Positions 54,842-64,000 of a DNA stretch of 64,000 nt are shown here, one piece after another (position 1 is the stretch's first letter; each line of letters starts with the position of its first letter). The DNA is taken from assembly GCA_965216565.1 (NCBI GenBank), contig OZ244170.1, positions 3,680,001 to 3,744,000 on the forward strand, given 5' to 3'. The notes beneath the pieces were generated by a model. It did not search any database. It was not told the DNA's origin and saw only the letters and a program-made list of their open reading frames with translations. The DNA comes from Bythopirellula sp. (lineage in GTDB: Bacteria; Planctomycetota; Planctomycetia; Pirellulales; Lacipirellulaceae). Both the position numbers and the translations under genes were made by a program.

Positions 54842-54930
54842 CGGAAACTGCTTCGCGCCCTCGGCCGGTTTGATATACTGGACGGCTTACATTTCTTATC
54901 TCTTTTCGTCTGGTAGAGTGAGGCACCGTC

Positions 54931-55830
54931 ATGGCCCGCATGCGTATCCCCTTCCCAATGCCCCGTCGTCGAGGCGGCTCCCGAAGAATGCCCGGCATGG
55001 GCGGCCGAAGTAGCTTCAAGGCACGGCTAATCATCGCGTTGGCCATCGCGGCATTCGCGCTGCTCAGTTACTACGGCAAGCCCAAAGATCAGAACCTCGT
55101 CACCGGCGACCGCGAACGCGTGGCCATCTTGGAAGAAGATCAAGAGATTCAGCTAGGCCTGCAAGCCGCACCGCAATTGGTCCAGCAACACGGTGGACCG
55201 ACAAGTCGCTCGGTGCATCAGGAACGGGTCAATCGAATCGGCTTTCGTTTGCTCACCGCGCTCGAAAGAGAATTGCAGGAAAAAGGCCGCAGCAATCCCT
55301 ACCGAGAAGCCTTTCAATTCACCTTGCTTTCCGACCCCAAGCTGGTGAACGCGTTTGCCCTGCCGGGCGGACAGGTGTTTATCACCGAAGCGCTCTACAA
55401 CCAACTCGAAACCGAAGGCCAAGTGGCAGGCGTGTTAGGCCACGAGATTGGCCACGTCATCATGCGTCATGGTAACAAGCAAATGGCCAAGCAGGGTTTG
55501 TTCCAAGGCCTGGCCGGAGCGGCGGGTGTGCTAGGTGGCTCGGAGGAAAGCGCCCGCGCCGCGCAGATGGTGTCGCATGTCCTCAGTATGAAGTATGGTC
55601 GTGAGGCCGAGCTCGAGTCCGATCATTGGGGCGTGCGTCTCTGCGCCATGGGTGGATACGATCCCCGGTCGATGATCGGTGTGATGAAAGTGCTCGAAGA
55701 AGCTGGAGGTGGCGGTGGAACGCCGGAGTTTTTCAGTACCCATCCCAAACCAGCCAACCGCGTTGAATATATCAAACAAGTCATTCAGGAAGAATTCCCC
55801 AATGGAGTTCCCGACGAGCTGATTGATTGA
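54931..55830 (+). CDS. M48 family zinc metallopeptidase
   Basis: NAFALPGG, VLGHEIGHV, ELESD, FFSTHP. Confidence 0.92.
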   Translation: MARMRIPFPMPRRRGGSRRMPGMGGRSSFKARLIIALAIAAFALLSYYGKPKDQNLVTGDRERVAILEEDQEIQLGLQAAPQLVQQHGGPTSRSVHQERVNRIGFRLLTALERELQEKGRSNPYREAFQFTLLSDPKLVNAFALPGGQVFITEALYNQLETEGQVAGVLGHEIGHVIMRHGNKQMAKQGLFQGLAGAAGVLGGSEESARAAQMVSHVLSMKYGREAELESDHWGVRLCAMGGYDPRSMIGVMKVLEEAGGGGGTPEFFSTHPKPANRVEYIKQVIQEEFPNGVPDELID

Positions 55831-55870
55831 ATCTCGTCAGCAATCTGAACAACACTTGCGAACAGTCAAG

Positions 55871-56356
55871 ATGGCCACGGACCGGCAGCTCACCATCATC
55901 TCGGGCGGACAGACAGGGGCGGATCGCGCCGCGCTCGACTTTGCCATTCGGCGGGGCCTTCTCCATGGCGGTTGGTGCCCGCTGGGACGCAAGGCAGAAG
56001 ATGGCCCGCTAGATAGCAAATACCAATTGCAAGAAACCACCAGCCGACGTTACGACCAACGCACTCGCTGGAATGTACGCGACTCCGATGCCACGCTCCT
56101 GCTGACGATCGATGCCGAGCTCACTGGCGGCACCGGGCTCACCGCCCAAGTTGCTCAGCGCTTGGGTAAACCGTGGCTGCATCTTTCCCGAGCCGAGTAT
56201 CCTGAGGCCCAAGTCGCTGCGCAGCAGATTCGCGAGTTCCTGCTCCGCCATCAGGTGCAAAGGCTAAACATCGCCGGCCCCCGCGCCTCGCAAGCACCAG
56301 AAATCGCCGAATACGTCGACGCGGTACTCAACTGTGTACATCCCGCCACTGCTTAG
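55871..56356 (+). CDS. Putative molybdenum carrier (SLOG superfamily) protein
   Basis: ISGGQTGADRAALD, GGWCP, RTRWNVRDSDATL, LNIAGPRAS. Confidence 0.88.
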   Translation: MATDRQLTIISGGQTGADRAALDFAIRRGLLHGGWCPLGRKAEDGPLDSKYQLQETTSRRYDQRTRWNVRDSDATLLLTIDAELTGGTGLTAQVAQRLGKPWLHLSRAEYPEAQVAAQQIREFLLRHQVQRLNIAGPRASQAPEIAEYVDAVLNCVHPATA

Positions 56357-56497
56357 CCACAAAGAACACAAAACAGCACAAAAGAGTCTGTCCAAAGTCT
56401 TCTCTTAGATTATCGTGGCAATAAACTTCTACCCGACTCTAAGACTCCCTCCGCGGCCCTCACCCAACTCAGCGATCTCTGCGTTGAACCCCACCGC

Positions 56498-58609
56498 CTA
56501 ACGACGCTGTTCAGTCTCGTCGGTGTTCGAAACCTTCTTGGCCAAACTCGTGTACTTGTCTGCCGTGTTCTTCTTGCCCTGGGCTTCGTACATGGCAGCC
56601 AAATTGCCGTAAGGCACCATCAGCGATTCGGATCCCAACACTCCCTTTTCCACAGCTTGCTCGATGAGATCCGCACCTTTTTGCGTGAGCTGGATGGCAC
56701 GGTCGCTTTGTTGCTGGTTCCAATAGGAAACACCCATGCTCACCAGAGCATCGCCGTGCTGCTGAGGCCCAGCCATCGTGGTGACGGGGAACGGATTGAT
56801 CAACCGATCCGCTGCCTTGTCGTACCAAGTGCAGGCTTTCCGATGATCTTCGTGATGAATCGCGTGCACGGCTCCGATCTGAAAGTAGAGTCGACCCATG
56901 AGATACGACGTGTCGGGCAATTCGTCCCGAGTCTTGGCCAGTCCGCTCAGTTTTTCTTCCGCCAGCTTGCTGTACTCCAGCGCACTGTCGGCTTGTTTGC
57001 GAAGATGCTCGATCTGAGCCGCCTGGAAGTACGCCAAACCCAAATTCCAGTCGTACAATTCTTGCAGCTTCGGATCGGTCGTTGTGTCGCGGAGCTTGAC
57101 CGCGGTCATTTCTGCCTCTTCAATCCATAAAGCGGGATCGATGGGCGGTTCCAAATTGGCTCCGGCTGCAAGTGCTGTGACCGCCACATACAAGCGATGC
57201 AGCGTTTGACTGTCGTCACAGGCAATGAGCTGTTCCGAAATCCCGGATGCGCGCTCGATCCACTCTGGAACTGAGATTTCCTTTTGGCGAAACTTGCCCT
57301 TGGAAATGTAAAGAGCCATATCTAGGTGCGACTCGACCAGCAACTTCGTCGCGGCCACCTGCAGGTGGTAGTCCTCGGTCGTGGCCAACTCATCTGCCAG
57401 ATCAATTGCCCCAGAAAGCAGCGGAATCACGCGCTCGGCAACCTCTGCCGAACCCAACGATGCCAACAAACCCATTTCGCGCAGCGAACGAGCCTTGTCG
57501 AGCGGTTCGACATCTAGATCGTTAAATACTTGTTTGGCCAAAACGGAAGCTTGGTCGTATCGCGCTAGCTTTCGCAAACATCTTGCATGCTGCAAGAGAA
57601 ACGAATTGTTCGAGGGTTCTGCTTCGACGGCTTCCGCAGCAAGATGCTCGGCACTGATGGCTTTGCCGGTTTCCAGCAGCAGGACCGACAGCAACCACTT
57701 GGCGTCGGTATTGTCTTGGTCGAGTTTCAAAACCTGCCCGAGATCGTTAATGGCGATAGACGGACTACTGGAAATCACGTTCTCCGCTCGATTCAAGAAC
57801 AGGTTTGCCTTGATCGGCTGGATTCTTACTTGAGAAATCGATAAGCTCTGCAGGTCTGGCAGACATTCCGTGTTCGAACCATCTCGGTTTGAATCGGTAT
57901 CTGCATAACGGAGTACAACGCCGCGCTCGGGGAAACCACAAGCGTCGTTGTTGCCAGTGGAATCTGTGAGTAGCGCGGGCCGAATGCCATCCAAACCGAG
58001 CGAGGCAACCAACCGATCTGCCCGCAAGGGCCTCGGCAGTTCCACCTCCACAGCATCCACCACGTCACCGTCAAAATGCACAAAAACATTTTGCAGTTGA
58101 TCAAATCGATACTTGAGCTGGCTCGCCTGGGTGCTCTCGCTGCGAGGGTCGCCCCAAGTCCGCAGGACGTTGAACCGCGTGGAGATTCCAGGGGTAATAC
58201 CGTGGAAGCTGAGGACCTTGGTCTCAGCGGGAATTGCTTTGGCCAGTTGATTTTGGCCCGCTTCAGGGCGATCGGTAACTTCGATCTCGCGCGGCTCCTC
58301 GGCCGGCGCTGCCGCTAGATCGGGAATTAAGCCCTGGGCCGGTTCCGCCAAATCGGGCGTGTAACCCGAACTCACGGCGATCGGCTCCAGGCCTTCCGCA
58401 GTGCCAGCAGCCTTAGCGGTGTCGAGGTCTTTCAGCTTCTTGCTGGCCACCACGATCGACTTTTCAGCCGGGCGAGTGATGCAGTTCTGGCCATCGGCCG
58501 CATCATGGGCACTGGCAAGTGACCCACTCAGCACAGCCCAACCAAATCCGGCAACGGCCAGCACGGCCGGCCAGACAGTGAGCGCTCCTCTAGAATTCCC
58601 CCCTCGCAT
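56498..58609 (-). CDS. Exported tetratricopeptide-repeat protein
   Basis: AAGGAG SD before ATG 58609; signal-like N-terminus; TPR-like helices (LGLAYFQAA, MGRLYFQIG, YGNLAAMY). Confidence 0.8.
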   Translation of the reverse strand: MRGGNSRGALTVWPAVLAVAGFGWAVLSGSLASAHDAADGQNCITRPAEKSIVVASKKLKDLDTAKAAGTAEGLEPIAVSSGYTPDLAEPAQGLIPDLAAAPAEEPREIEVTDRPEAGQNQLAKAIPAETKVLSFHGITPGISTRFNVLRTWGDPRSESTQASQLKYRFDQLQNVFVHFDGDVVDAVEVELPRPLRADRLVASLGLDGIRPALLTDSTGNNDACGFPERGVVLRYADTDSNRDGSNTECLPDLQSLSISQVRIQPIKANLFLNRAENVISSSPSIAINDLGQVLKLDQDNTDAKWLLSVLLLETGKAISAEHLAAEAVEAEPSNNSFLLQHARCLRKLARYDQASVLAKQVFNDLDVEPLDKARSLREMGLLASLGSAEVAERVIPLLSGAIDLADELATTEDYHLQVAATKLLVESHLDMALYISKGKFRQKEISVPEWIERASGISEQLIACDDSQTLHRLYVAVTALAAGANLEPPIDPALWIEEAEMTAVKLRDTTTDPKLQELYDWNLGLAYFQAAQIEHLRKQADSALEYSKLAEEKLSGLAKTRDELPDTSYLMGRLYFQIGAVHAIHHEDHRKACTWYDKAADRLINPFPVTTMAGPQQHGDALVSMGVSYWNQQQSDRAIQLTQKGADLIEQAVEKGVLGSESLMVPYGNLAAMYEAQGKKNTADKYTSLAKKVSNTDETEQRR

Positions 58610-58805
58610 GACGCCTATCTCCTTACGAGCATCGCAGCCCTTCACAACAACAAGTGCATGGTGACCATCCGTGGTTACTCACGATCGCGGCTTGCAATTG
58701 CCAATCTCAATTGCCGGGACCACTTAGAATTGTTGGACTCGAAGCTGACAGATTTGAATGGTTGCTGGCACGACAATGCGGGTAGTCGCACCTTTCCATC
58801 GTCCG

Positions 58806-58847
58806 TTATCGACCTTGCGGGTCGTACACTTTGCAACAATTTTGCCA
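58806..58847 (-). promoter_or_regulatory. Overlapping sigma28-like and sigma54-like promoter motifs
   Basis: Minus strand TGGCAAAATTGTTGCA (GG-N10-GC, 58832-58847) overlapping CAAAG-N15-GTCGATAA (58806-58834). Confidence 0.45.
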
Positions 58848-58915
58848 ACTGGCAAACAATTTCCTGCCAGGCAAGCAGTGCTGGCGGGGGGGCTCGCAGA
58901 GACTGCAAGAGGAGT

Positions 58916-60724
58916 TCACTCAATTCGCGTCAGTTCGAGTAGCCGCAGGTCCATTACACTTTTGCCGGGGATCTTAAGGGCGCGGAGCACCAACTCACCG
59001 CGACCTGACTCCAAGGTCAGCTCGCCCAGCGGCAATGGCTTGAACAACTTCATGTCACCTTCTTCCCGGGGGAAGCGGTCCCGCTGGGCCGCGGTCAGCG
59101 GTGGATCGTAGGCCGGCGCTACCTGCGCTTGGCACGCGTGCTGGCCGCAGCGAAGTTCGACCGTCGCACCGGCGTCCCCCTCGGCACAGGTGTAGTACGC
59201 ATCTGCCCGAAAGCGACCTGCCGCTGGCACTTCAATGTCCCAAACGATGGCGTCCTCTGGCGACGTCCAGTCACTAAAAAAGGTGCTGTTGAAGTGACGA
59301 CTCGAACGGCGGATATTCCCGCGGGTGGTGGCATCGCGGGCAGGCAACTGGGTCGCAGGTAGGCCTGGATACCCAACCGTAAACGGTCGCCGCGGTGCGG
59401 CATTGGCCTCGACTACCTCCTTCCGCCAAGCGGAAACGGCGTTTTGCAATTCCTCAGCCTCGGCTGATCGCGTTGCTGCCAGGTCGCACGTCTGCCCGGG
59501 GTCGTCCGACAAATCGTAGAGCCGATTCTCATTATCCAGCACCAGTGTCCCGCGACGCGCTGCGATTCGACCAAACCAATGTGAATACAGGATTCGCTCG
59601 GCGGATGACGGTTGCTGGCCGCGTAAGAGCTTGGCAAGGCTCACCCCATCGCGTGCCGGTCCCTCCAGAAGTTCCACTCCAGCAAGCTCGGCAAGTGTAG
59701 GTGCCAGATCGATGACACCTGCCAACTGCTTCGTCACAAGACCGGGCTCAATCACGCCCGGCAGACGAATGAGCAGGGGCGAACGCACGCCACCCTCGTC
59801 GGTCGATCCCTTAATCCCTCGCAGGCCACCATTAAAACGATGCCCATTGGGTCCGTTGTCGCTGAGATACACGACAATCGTGTTTTGATCGAGTTGAAAC
59901 TCTTCCAAAGCCGCGAGGAGTCGACCGACGTTCCAATCGATGTTTTCGCACATCGCCAAAGCGGCTCGCGTATGATCGAGCTTCTCCATGTCGGCAAGCG
60001 TGCCGCGCTCGCTTAGTGACTGCTGGGCATGACGCTCCCACCAGCGGTCGGGAACTTGCATCGGCGAATGCGGAGTGTTAAAAGCCATCAGCGCAAAGAA
60101 GGGTTGCTCGCCCGCTTGCTTGAAAAACTCGATAGCTTCGTTGGTGATGTCGTCTGTCAGATAGCCCTGACCGCGAGTGATCTCTCCATCGCGATCCAGC
60201 AGGGGCGAAAAGTAGTCGGCCCAATGGCCGGAAGTGAATCCATAAAACGAATCGAACCCGCGGCACAGCGGATGAAACGGTGCTTGGGTGCCATTGTGCC
60301 ATTTGCCGAATGCCGCCGTTCGGTAACCGGCCGCCCGAAACGCATCGGCGAGCGTGGGGACCGAGGGGTCCAGCCGTTCGTTGCCGCCGGTGACGCCAGT
60401 CACGCCCACTCGGGGTGCATAGCAGGCGGTCAGCAACTCAGCACGTGTCGGTGCGCAGACAGGTTGCACATAAAAATGTTCAAACGACGCCCCTTGCCCG
60501 CGCAGCTTGTCGAGCTGGGGCGTGGCAAGATTGCTATTCCCGTGGCAGCTAAAATCGCCCCACCCCTGGTCATCCGCAATCATGATCAGCACCGAGGGTC
60601 GAGCAGCAACGGCCCACGCCGAGCTGTTCGCAACGACTGCCAGTGCAATGGAGAGAATCCAGAAATTAGAACCTCGGAGGGTCAATGTAGTCATCAGGAA
60701 GTCGCGTCGAGAGTACAGAGACAT
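58916..60724 (-). CDS. Arylsulfatase (Cys-type S1) with C-terminal beta-sandwich
   Basis: IADDQGWGD, CAPTRAELLT, FGKWHNG, PHSPM, SDNG, EGGVRSP. Confidence 0.95.
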   Translation of the reverse strand: MSLYSRRDFLMTTLTLRGSNFWILSIALAVVANSSAWAVAARPSVLIMIADDQGWGDFSCHGNSNLATPQLDKLRGQGASFEHFYVQPVCAPTRAELLTACYAPRVGVTGVTGGNERLDPSVPTLADAFRAAGYRTAAFGKWHNGTQAPFHPLCRGFDSFYGFTSGHWADYFSPLLDRDGEITRGQGYLTDDITNEAIEFFKQAGEQPFFALMAFNTPHSPMQVPDRWWERHAQQSLSERGTLADMEKLDHTRAALAMCENIDWNVGRLLAALEEFQLDQNTIVVYLSDNGPNGHRFNGGLRGIKGSTDEGGVRSPLLIRLPGVIEPGLVTKQLAGVIDLAPTLAELAGVELLEGPARDGVSLAKLLRGQQPSSAERILYSHWFGRIAARRGTLVLDNENRLYDLSDDPGQTCDLAATRSAEAEELQNAVSAWRKEVVEANAAPRRPFTVGYPGLPATQLPARDATTRGNIRRSSRHFNSTFFSDWTSPEDAIVWDIEVPAAGRFRADAYYTCAEGDAGATVELRCGQHACQAQVAPAYDPPLTAAQRDRFPREEGDMKLFKPLPLGELTLESGRGELVLRALKIPGKSVMDLRLLELTRIE

Positions 60725-60810
60725 GTCGGCTCAAGGAATTCGGAACGATCCGACACCCGACCTATTGTAAGGTCGGCGTCACACAGCGGAACGACTATTC
60801 TGGGGGTGAC

Positions 60811-61977
60811 TCAACGAGTCAACGGCTCAAGTACCGCTAGTGCCGCCTCGTTCTTGCCTGATTGGCAAGGCTCGAGCGCAAGCTGCAGCAATTTAATCTG
60901 TCGTTGCGTAAATGGAATCGCTGATTGTGGGTCGGGAACTTCGGGCACTAGCCGTGTGGCCGCCGCGGTGATCAATTCCGCAATGCTCTCCCCGGTCGTG
61001 GCCGATACGCGGCAGACATCGGCTGCCAAATCGACGGGCGGAGGCGCAAGGTCGATTTTATTAATTACCACCAACAGCTTTTGGGTATCGATTGACAGTC
61101 CCATTGCGTCCGCTTGCCTGGAGACAATTGCTTCGGCGGTGAACTTACCGGCCAAGTCGGAGCAGGTTGCGTCAAGCAGCCAGAGCACCAGATCGGCCTG
61201 TTCTACCTGCTGCCGCGCCAGGTCGATGCCTGCTGATTCTAAAGGATCGTCCGTCGCGTGCATGCCCGCCGTATCGAACAACTCCACCGGCCAACCATCT
61301 AAGGCAGTCGTAGCCGATACCACATCGCGGGTCGTCCCCGGTTGGTCGAAAACAATTGCCCGTTCGTAACCCAAGAGCGCATTGATAAGACTGCTCTTAC
61401 CCACATTGGGCTCCCCAGCAATCACCACCTGCCAAGGCTGCGTCAGATGTAATCCAAACTCGCCTCGGCCCAACAGCGTGGTAATACGCCCCCCAGCCGA
61501 GTCGCCACCGCGACTCACGGAACTCAGCAATTTCTTGATCTCGCGAATCTCTTCTTCCAAACGCCCATGATACTGACGCAGCAAATAGTCCGCCGTTCGC
61601 TGAGTTTTGGCATGACCCAAGGCCAGCTCCGCCTCGTGCTGCAGCAGACTACCTGGTTCGTCCTCTAACCACTCTTCCCATTCGACATGTTCGGCACCGT
61701 CGTCAACCAGGGCAGCGATGATGCGCGCGGGCGATTGATATCCACCGTGGCAATGCACCTCCACCCGCTGATTGGCGAGTGGACAGACAATCAAGTCTTC
61801 CCCCTGCCAGTGGCCATAGGCAATTTTTGAAAGCGGTAGCTCGCTAAGCGGCAAGCCGCTGGCGGAGCGAAAGTGTTTTTCCACGTATTGAATCGCAGCC
61901 GGGCCTCGTACACCCACCACCGCCACAGCGCTGCGACCTTTAGCAGTCAACAGGCAAACCTGTGTGACGTCGCTCAC
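60811..61977 (-). CDS. MnmE/TrmE-like GTPase, short form
   Basis: EVHCHGG; GEPNVGKS, PGTTRD, DTAG, NKID; lacks the C-terminal FC(I/V)GK; GTG start overlaps the coaX stop. Confidence 0.85.
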   Translation of the reverse strand: MSDVTQVCLLTAKGRSAVAVVGVRGPAAIQYVEKHFRSASGLPLSELPLSKIAYGHWQGEDLIVCPLANQRVEVHCHGGYQSPARIIAALVDDGAEHVEWEEWLEDEPGSLLQHEAELALGHAKTQRTADYLLRQYHGRLEEEIREIKKLLSSVSRGGDSAGGRITTLLGRGEFGLHLTQPWQVVIAGEPNVGKSSLINALLGYERAIVFDQPGTTRDVVSATTALDGWPVELFDTAGMHATDDPLESAGIDLARQQVEQADLVLWLLDATCSDLAGKFTAEAIVSRQADAMGLSIDTQKLLVVINKIDLAPPPVDLAADVCRVSATTGESIAELITAAATRLVPEVPDPQSAIPFTQRQIKLLQLALEPCQSGKNEAALAVLEPLTR

Positions 61978-62828
61978 GCTTGCTCCCTGGCGATTGTGCA
62001 AATCGTCGACAGAATCATGTGCGGAATGTGCTTAGCAGGTCCCGCCTTCGTGCCCAAATGAGGAACGATCGCAGCCACGCCTCCGCCGGTGACAAATAGT
62101 TGGGGAGCCACTTCGCACTGCTCCGCGATGCGGGTCACTAACTCGGAGATGGCACCCACAGCGCCCCAATGCAACCCCGAGGCAATCGCTTCCTCGGTGT
62201 TCTTGCCAACCACTGGAATTGTTTGGTTGGCATCGATTTGATCGAGTTCCGGCAAACTGGCCGTGGCAACGTGCAGAGCGCGAGCCGAGAGCGTCATCCC
62301 CGGCAAGATAGTTCCACCTTCGAATGCTCCATCCGCAGCCACCAAATCCACTGTGCCCGCGGTACCCAGGTCGACCACAATGGCCGGCGACTTCTGATCG
62401 CGAAGCCGATTCACGGCAACCGCGTTAAGCAATCGATCGATGCCAACTTTTTCGGGAGCGTCGACCCGAATCTCCAGCGGTAGATCGCGATAGCTGAGTT
62501 TGCGGGGCGAGTTCCAGCCGAGATCGCTAAACAGCTCCAGCAGGGGCGATTCAATATTAGGTCGCACCGAAGCCAGCACGACTTCTAGCTCTTCCAAGAT
62601 TTCTTGCTCAAGCCAGTGGCGAATCGCTGCCAGGCCACGCTCGCGGTTCTCCTCGCTACAGTCCACAGCCAAATGAAGTGTCGGCTCGGGCAACTTAGGC
62701 GCGGCGATGGGCAGTTCCGTCGCTGGCTTGTCCTCACACGCGCTCAGCGGGGCGAACCAGCCTAGCTTAGTGCGACTACTCCCTACATCAATTGCCAGAA
62801 TCCCGCCGATGGTGTCCGTGCCGCTCAT
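61974..62828 (-). CDS. coaX: Type III pantothenate kinase
   Basis: AIDVGSSRTK, GIDRLL, VDLGTAGTVD, GGTILPG, VTGGG. Confidence 0.93.
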   Translation of the reverse strand: MSGTDTIGGILAIDVGSSRTKLGWFAPLSACEDKPATELPIAAPKLPEPTLHLAVDCSEENRERGLAAIRHWLEQEILEELEVVLASVRPNIESPLLELFSDLGWNSPRKLSYRDLPLEIRVDAPEKVGIDRLLNAVAVNRLRDQKSPAIVVDLGTAGTVDLVAADGAFEGGTILPGMTLSARALHVATASLPELDQIDANQTIPVVGKNTEEAIASGLHWGAVGAISELVTRIAEQCEVAPQLFVTGGGVAAIVPHLGTKAGPAKHIPHMILSTICTIAREQA

Positions 62829-63826
62829 ACCGACTGCCGCTCTTGGATCAAAAGATCGTGGGCTCGTCGCACCAATTCGTTGAGCCCCTGTCCGGTGACT
62901 GAGGAAAATAACATCACTTCTCGGCCTATCGACTGGGCCAACTGTTCGCGAATCTCCTCTGCCTCAGGAATCTCAGCTTTACTAACCGCGGCGATCTCAG
63001 GGCGGCTTGCTAGGTCTGCATCGTACTGCTCGATCTCATCTCGAATCGCACGATAGTTTTCCACCGGATCGCTACCGTCCATCGGCAATGGTTCCACGAG
63101 ATGCACCAACACGCGAGTCCGCTCGACGTGGCGGAGGAACTCGTGACCAAGTCCAGCACCTTCGTGGGCACCTTCGATTAATCCCGGAATGTCGGCCATC
63201 ACAAAGCTGCTGTCTCGATCGACTTGCACAATGCCGAGGTTGGGAATTTTCGTGGTGAACGGATAGTCGGCAATCTCCGGCCGAGCCCGCGAGACACGGC
63301 TCAAAAGAGTGCTCTTGCCGGCATTGGGTTTGCCGAGCAGGCCGACGTCGGCGATCACTTTCAGTTCAAGAGAAATCCGCCGCTCTTCGGCTGCGCCGCC
63401 CCGAGTTGCTTCGCGAGGCACTTGGTTCGTGGAAGACTTGAATCGCGTGTTCCCTTTACCACCCTTCCCACCGTGAGCCGCCACCACGCTATCGCCCGGT
63501 TCAGCCAGGTCCTTCAGCACGAAGTCGCCCTTGGTATCGATAATCACCGTGCCGGGCGGAACGTAGATCGTCAGGTCATCGGCATTCGCCCCATGGCGGT
63601 TGTTGCCTGAGCCCGAGGCCCCCGGCTTGGCTCGCCAATGTTTGCGATGGACCAATGGCGAAAGCGTATCGACGCCCTCCTTGGCCACGATGTTCACACT
63701 CCCACCGTTTCCGCCATCACCGCCATCGGGCCCGCCTCGAGGAACGAACTTCTCACGGCGGAAGCTCACGCAACCGTCACCACCCCGGCCAGCTTGGACA
63801 TCAATAGTTACGCGATCAACAAACAT
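62825..63826 (-). CDS. obgE: GTPase ObgE/CgtA
   Basis: MFVD, FRREKFVPRGGPDGGDGG, GKPNAGKST, YPFTT, DIPGLIEGA. Confidence 0.98.
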   Translation of the reverse strand: MFVDRVTIDVQAGRGGDGCVSFRREKFVPRGGPDGGDGGNGGSVNIVAKEGVDTLSPLVHRKHWRAKPGASGSGNNRHGANADDLTIYVPPGTVIIDTKGDFVLKDLAEPGDSVVAAHGGKGGKGNTRFKSSTNQVPREATRGGAAEERRISLELKVIADVGLLGKPNAGKSTLLSRVSRARPEIADYPFTTKIPNLGIVQVDRDSSFVMADIPGLIEGAHEGAGLGHEFLRHVERTRVLVHLVEPLPMDGSDPVENYRAIRDEIEQYDADLASRPEIAAVSKAEIPEAEEIREQLAQSIGREVMLFSSVTGQGLNELVRRAHDLLIQERQSV

Positions 63827-63876
63827 CGTGGGGAGTGAGCTGGATTTGATTCAGTTTTAGTGAGTAGCGAAACAGG

Positions 63877-63993
63877 TCCCTCTCCCCCGTGGGGAAAGGT
63901 TCGATGAGGGGCGAAGTCGGTTAGGGATCAACCCTCCCCTAACCCCTCCTCTCCAAAGGCGAGTCGCCGAGGCGACCTTGCAAAGGAGGGGGA
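63877..63993. repeat. Inverted doublet of family A repeat, no enclosed gene
   Basis: TCCCTCTCCCCCGTGGGGAAAGGTTCGATGAGGGG ... ACCCTCCCCTAACCCCTCCTCTCC...GGAGGGGGA. Confidence 0.85.
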
Positions 63994-64000
63994 TTTTCAA

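Noticed and set aside
60029..61369. 446-aa plus-strand ORF
   Set aside because: Antisense to the sulfatase and the MnmE-like gene, both strongly supported.
12067..62828. panC and coaX (CoA pathway) in the same window
   Set aside because: About 49 kb apart in unrelated operons; no evidence of linkage.
1..64000. tRNA, rRNA, prophage, integrase or defence island
   Set aside because: No cloverleaf, rRNA signature, phage or recombinase genes recognised; a covariance-model scan would be needed to exclude other structured RNAs.

Overview
A 64-kb core-chromosome segment of a planctomycete. The lineage call rests on a DUF1559 prepilin-like gene, an LESRRMLA extracellular protein, multiple ECF/anti-sigma pairs and a HemD-HemE fusion; Pirellulales-like affiliation is inference. 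About 55 CDS are supported: housekeeping genes (sppA, rlmN, lgt-panC-folK, bioF, lpdA-aceE-aceF, sufU-sufS, obgE-coaX plus an mnmE-like GTPase, arsC, sixA), three ECF sigma/anti-sigma modules, several membrane proteases and secreted proteins. No rRNA, tRNA, CRISPR array, prophage or intact transposase was seen. The best non-coding signals are: (1) a gene-free minus-strand unit at ~13.93-14.14 kb with six GGA motifs and a strong intrinsic terminator, resembling a CsrA/RsmA-sequestering sRNA, with a sigma28-like promoter and candidate GGA-hairpin target leaders nearby; (2) a DUF559 endonuclease gene in the PDH operon flanked by inverted C/G-rich hairpin repeats whose empty copies are scattered over the window, including inside all three ECF operons; (3) at least six further families of short palindromic or MITE-like elements. 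All family assignments come from reading motifs by eye; no database search was run.
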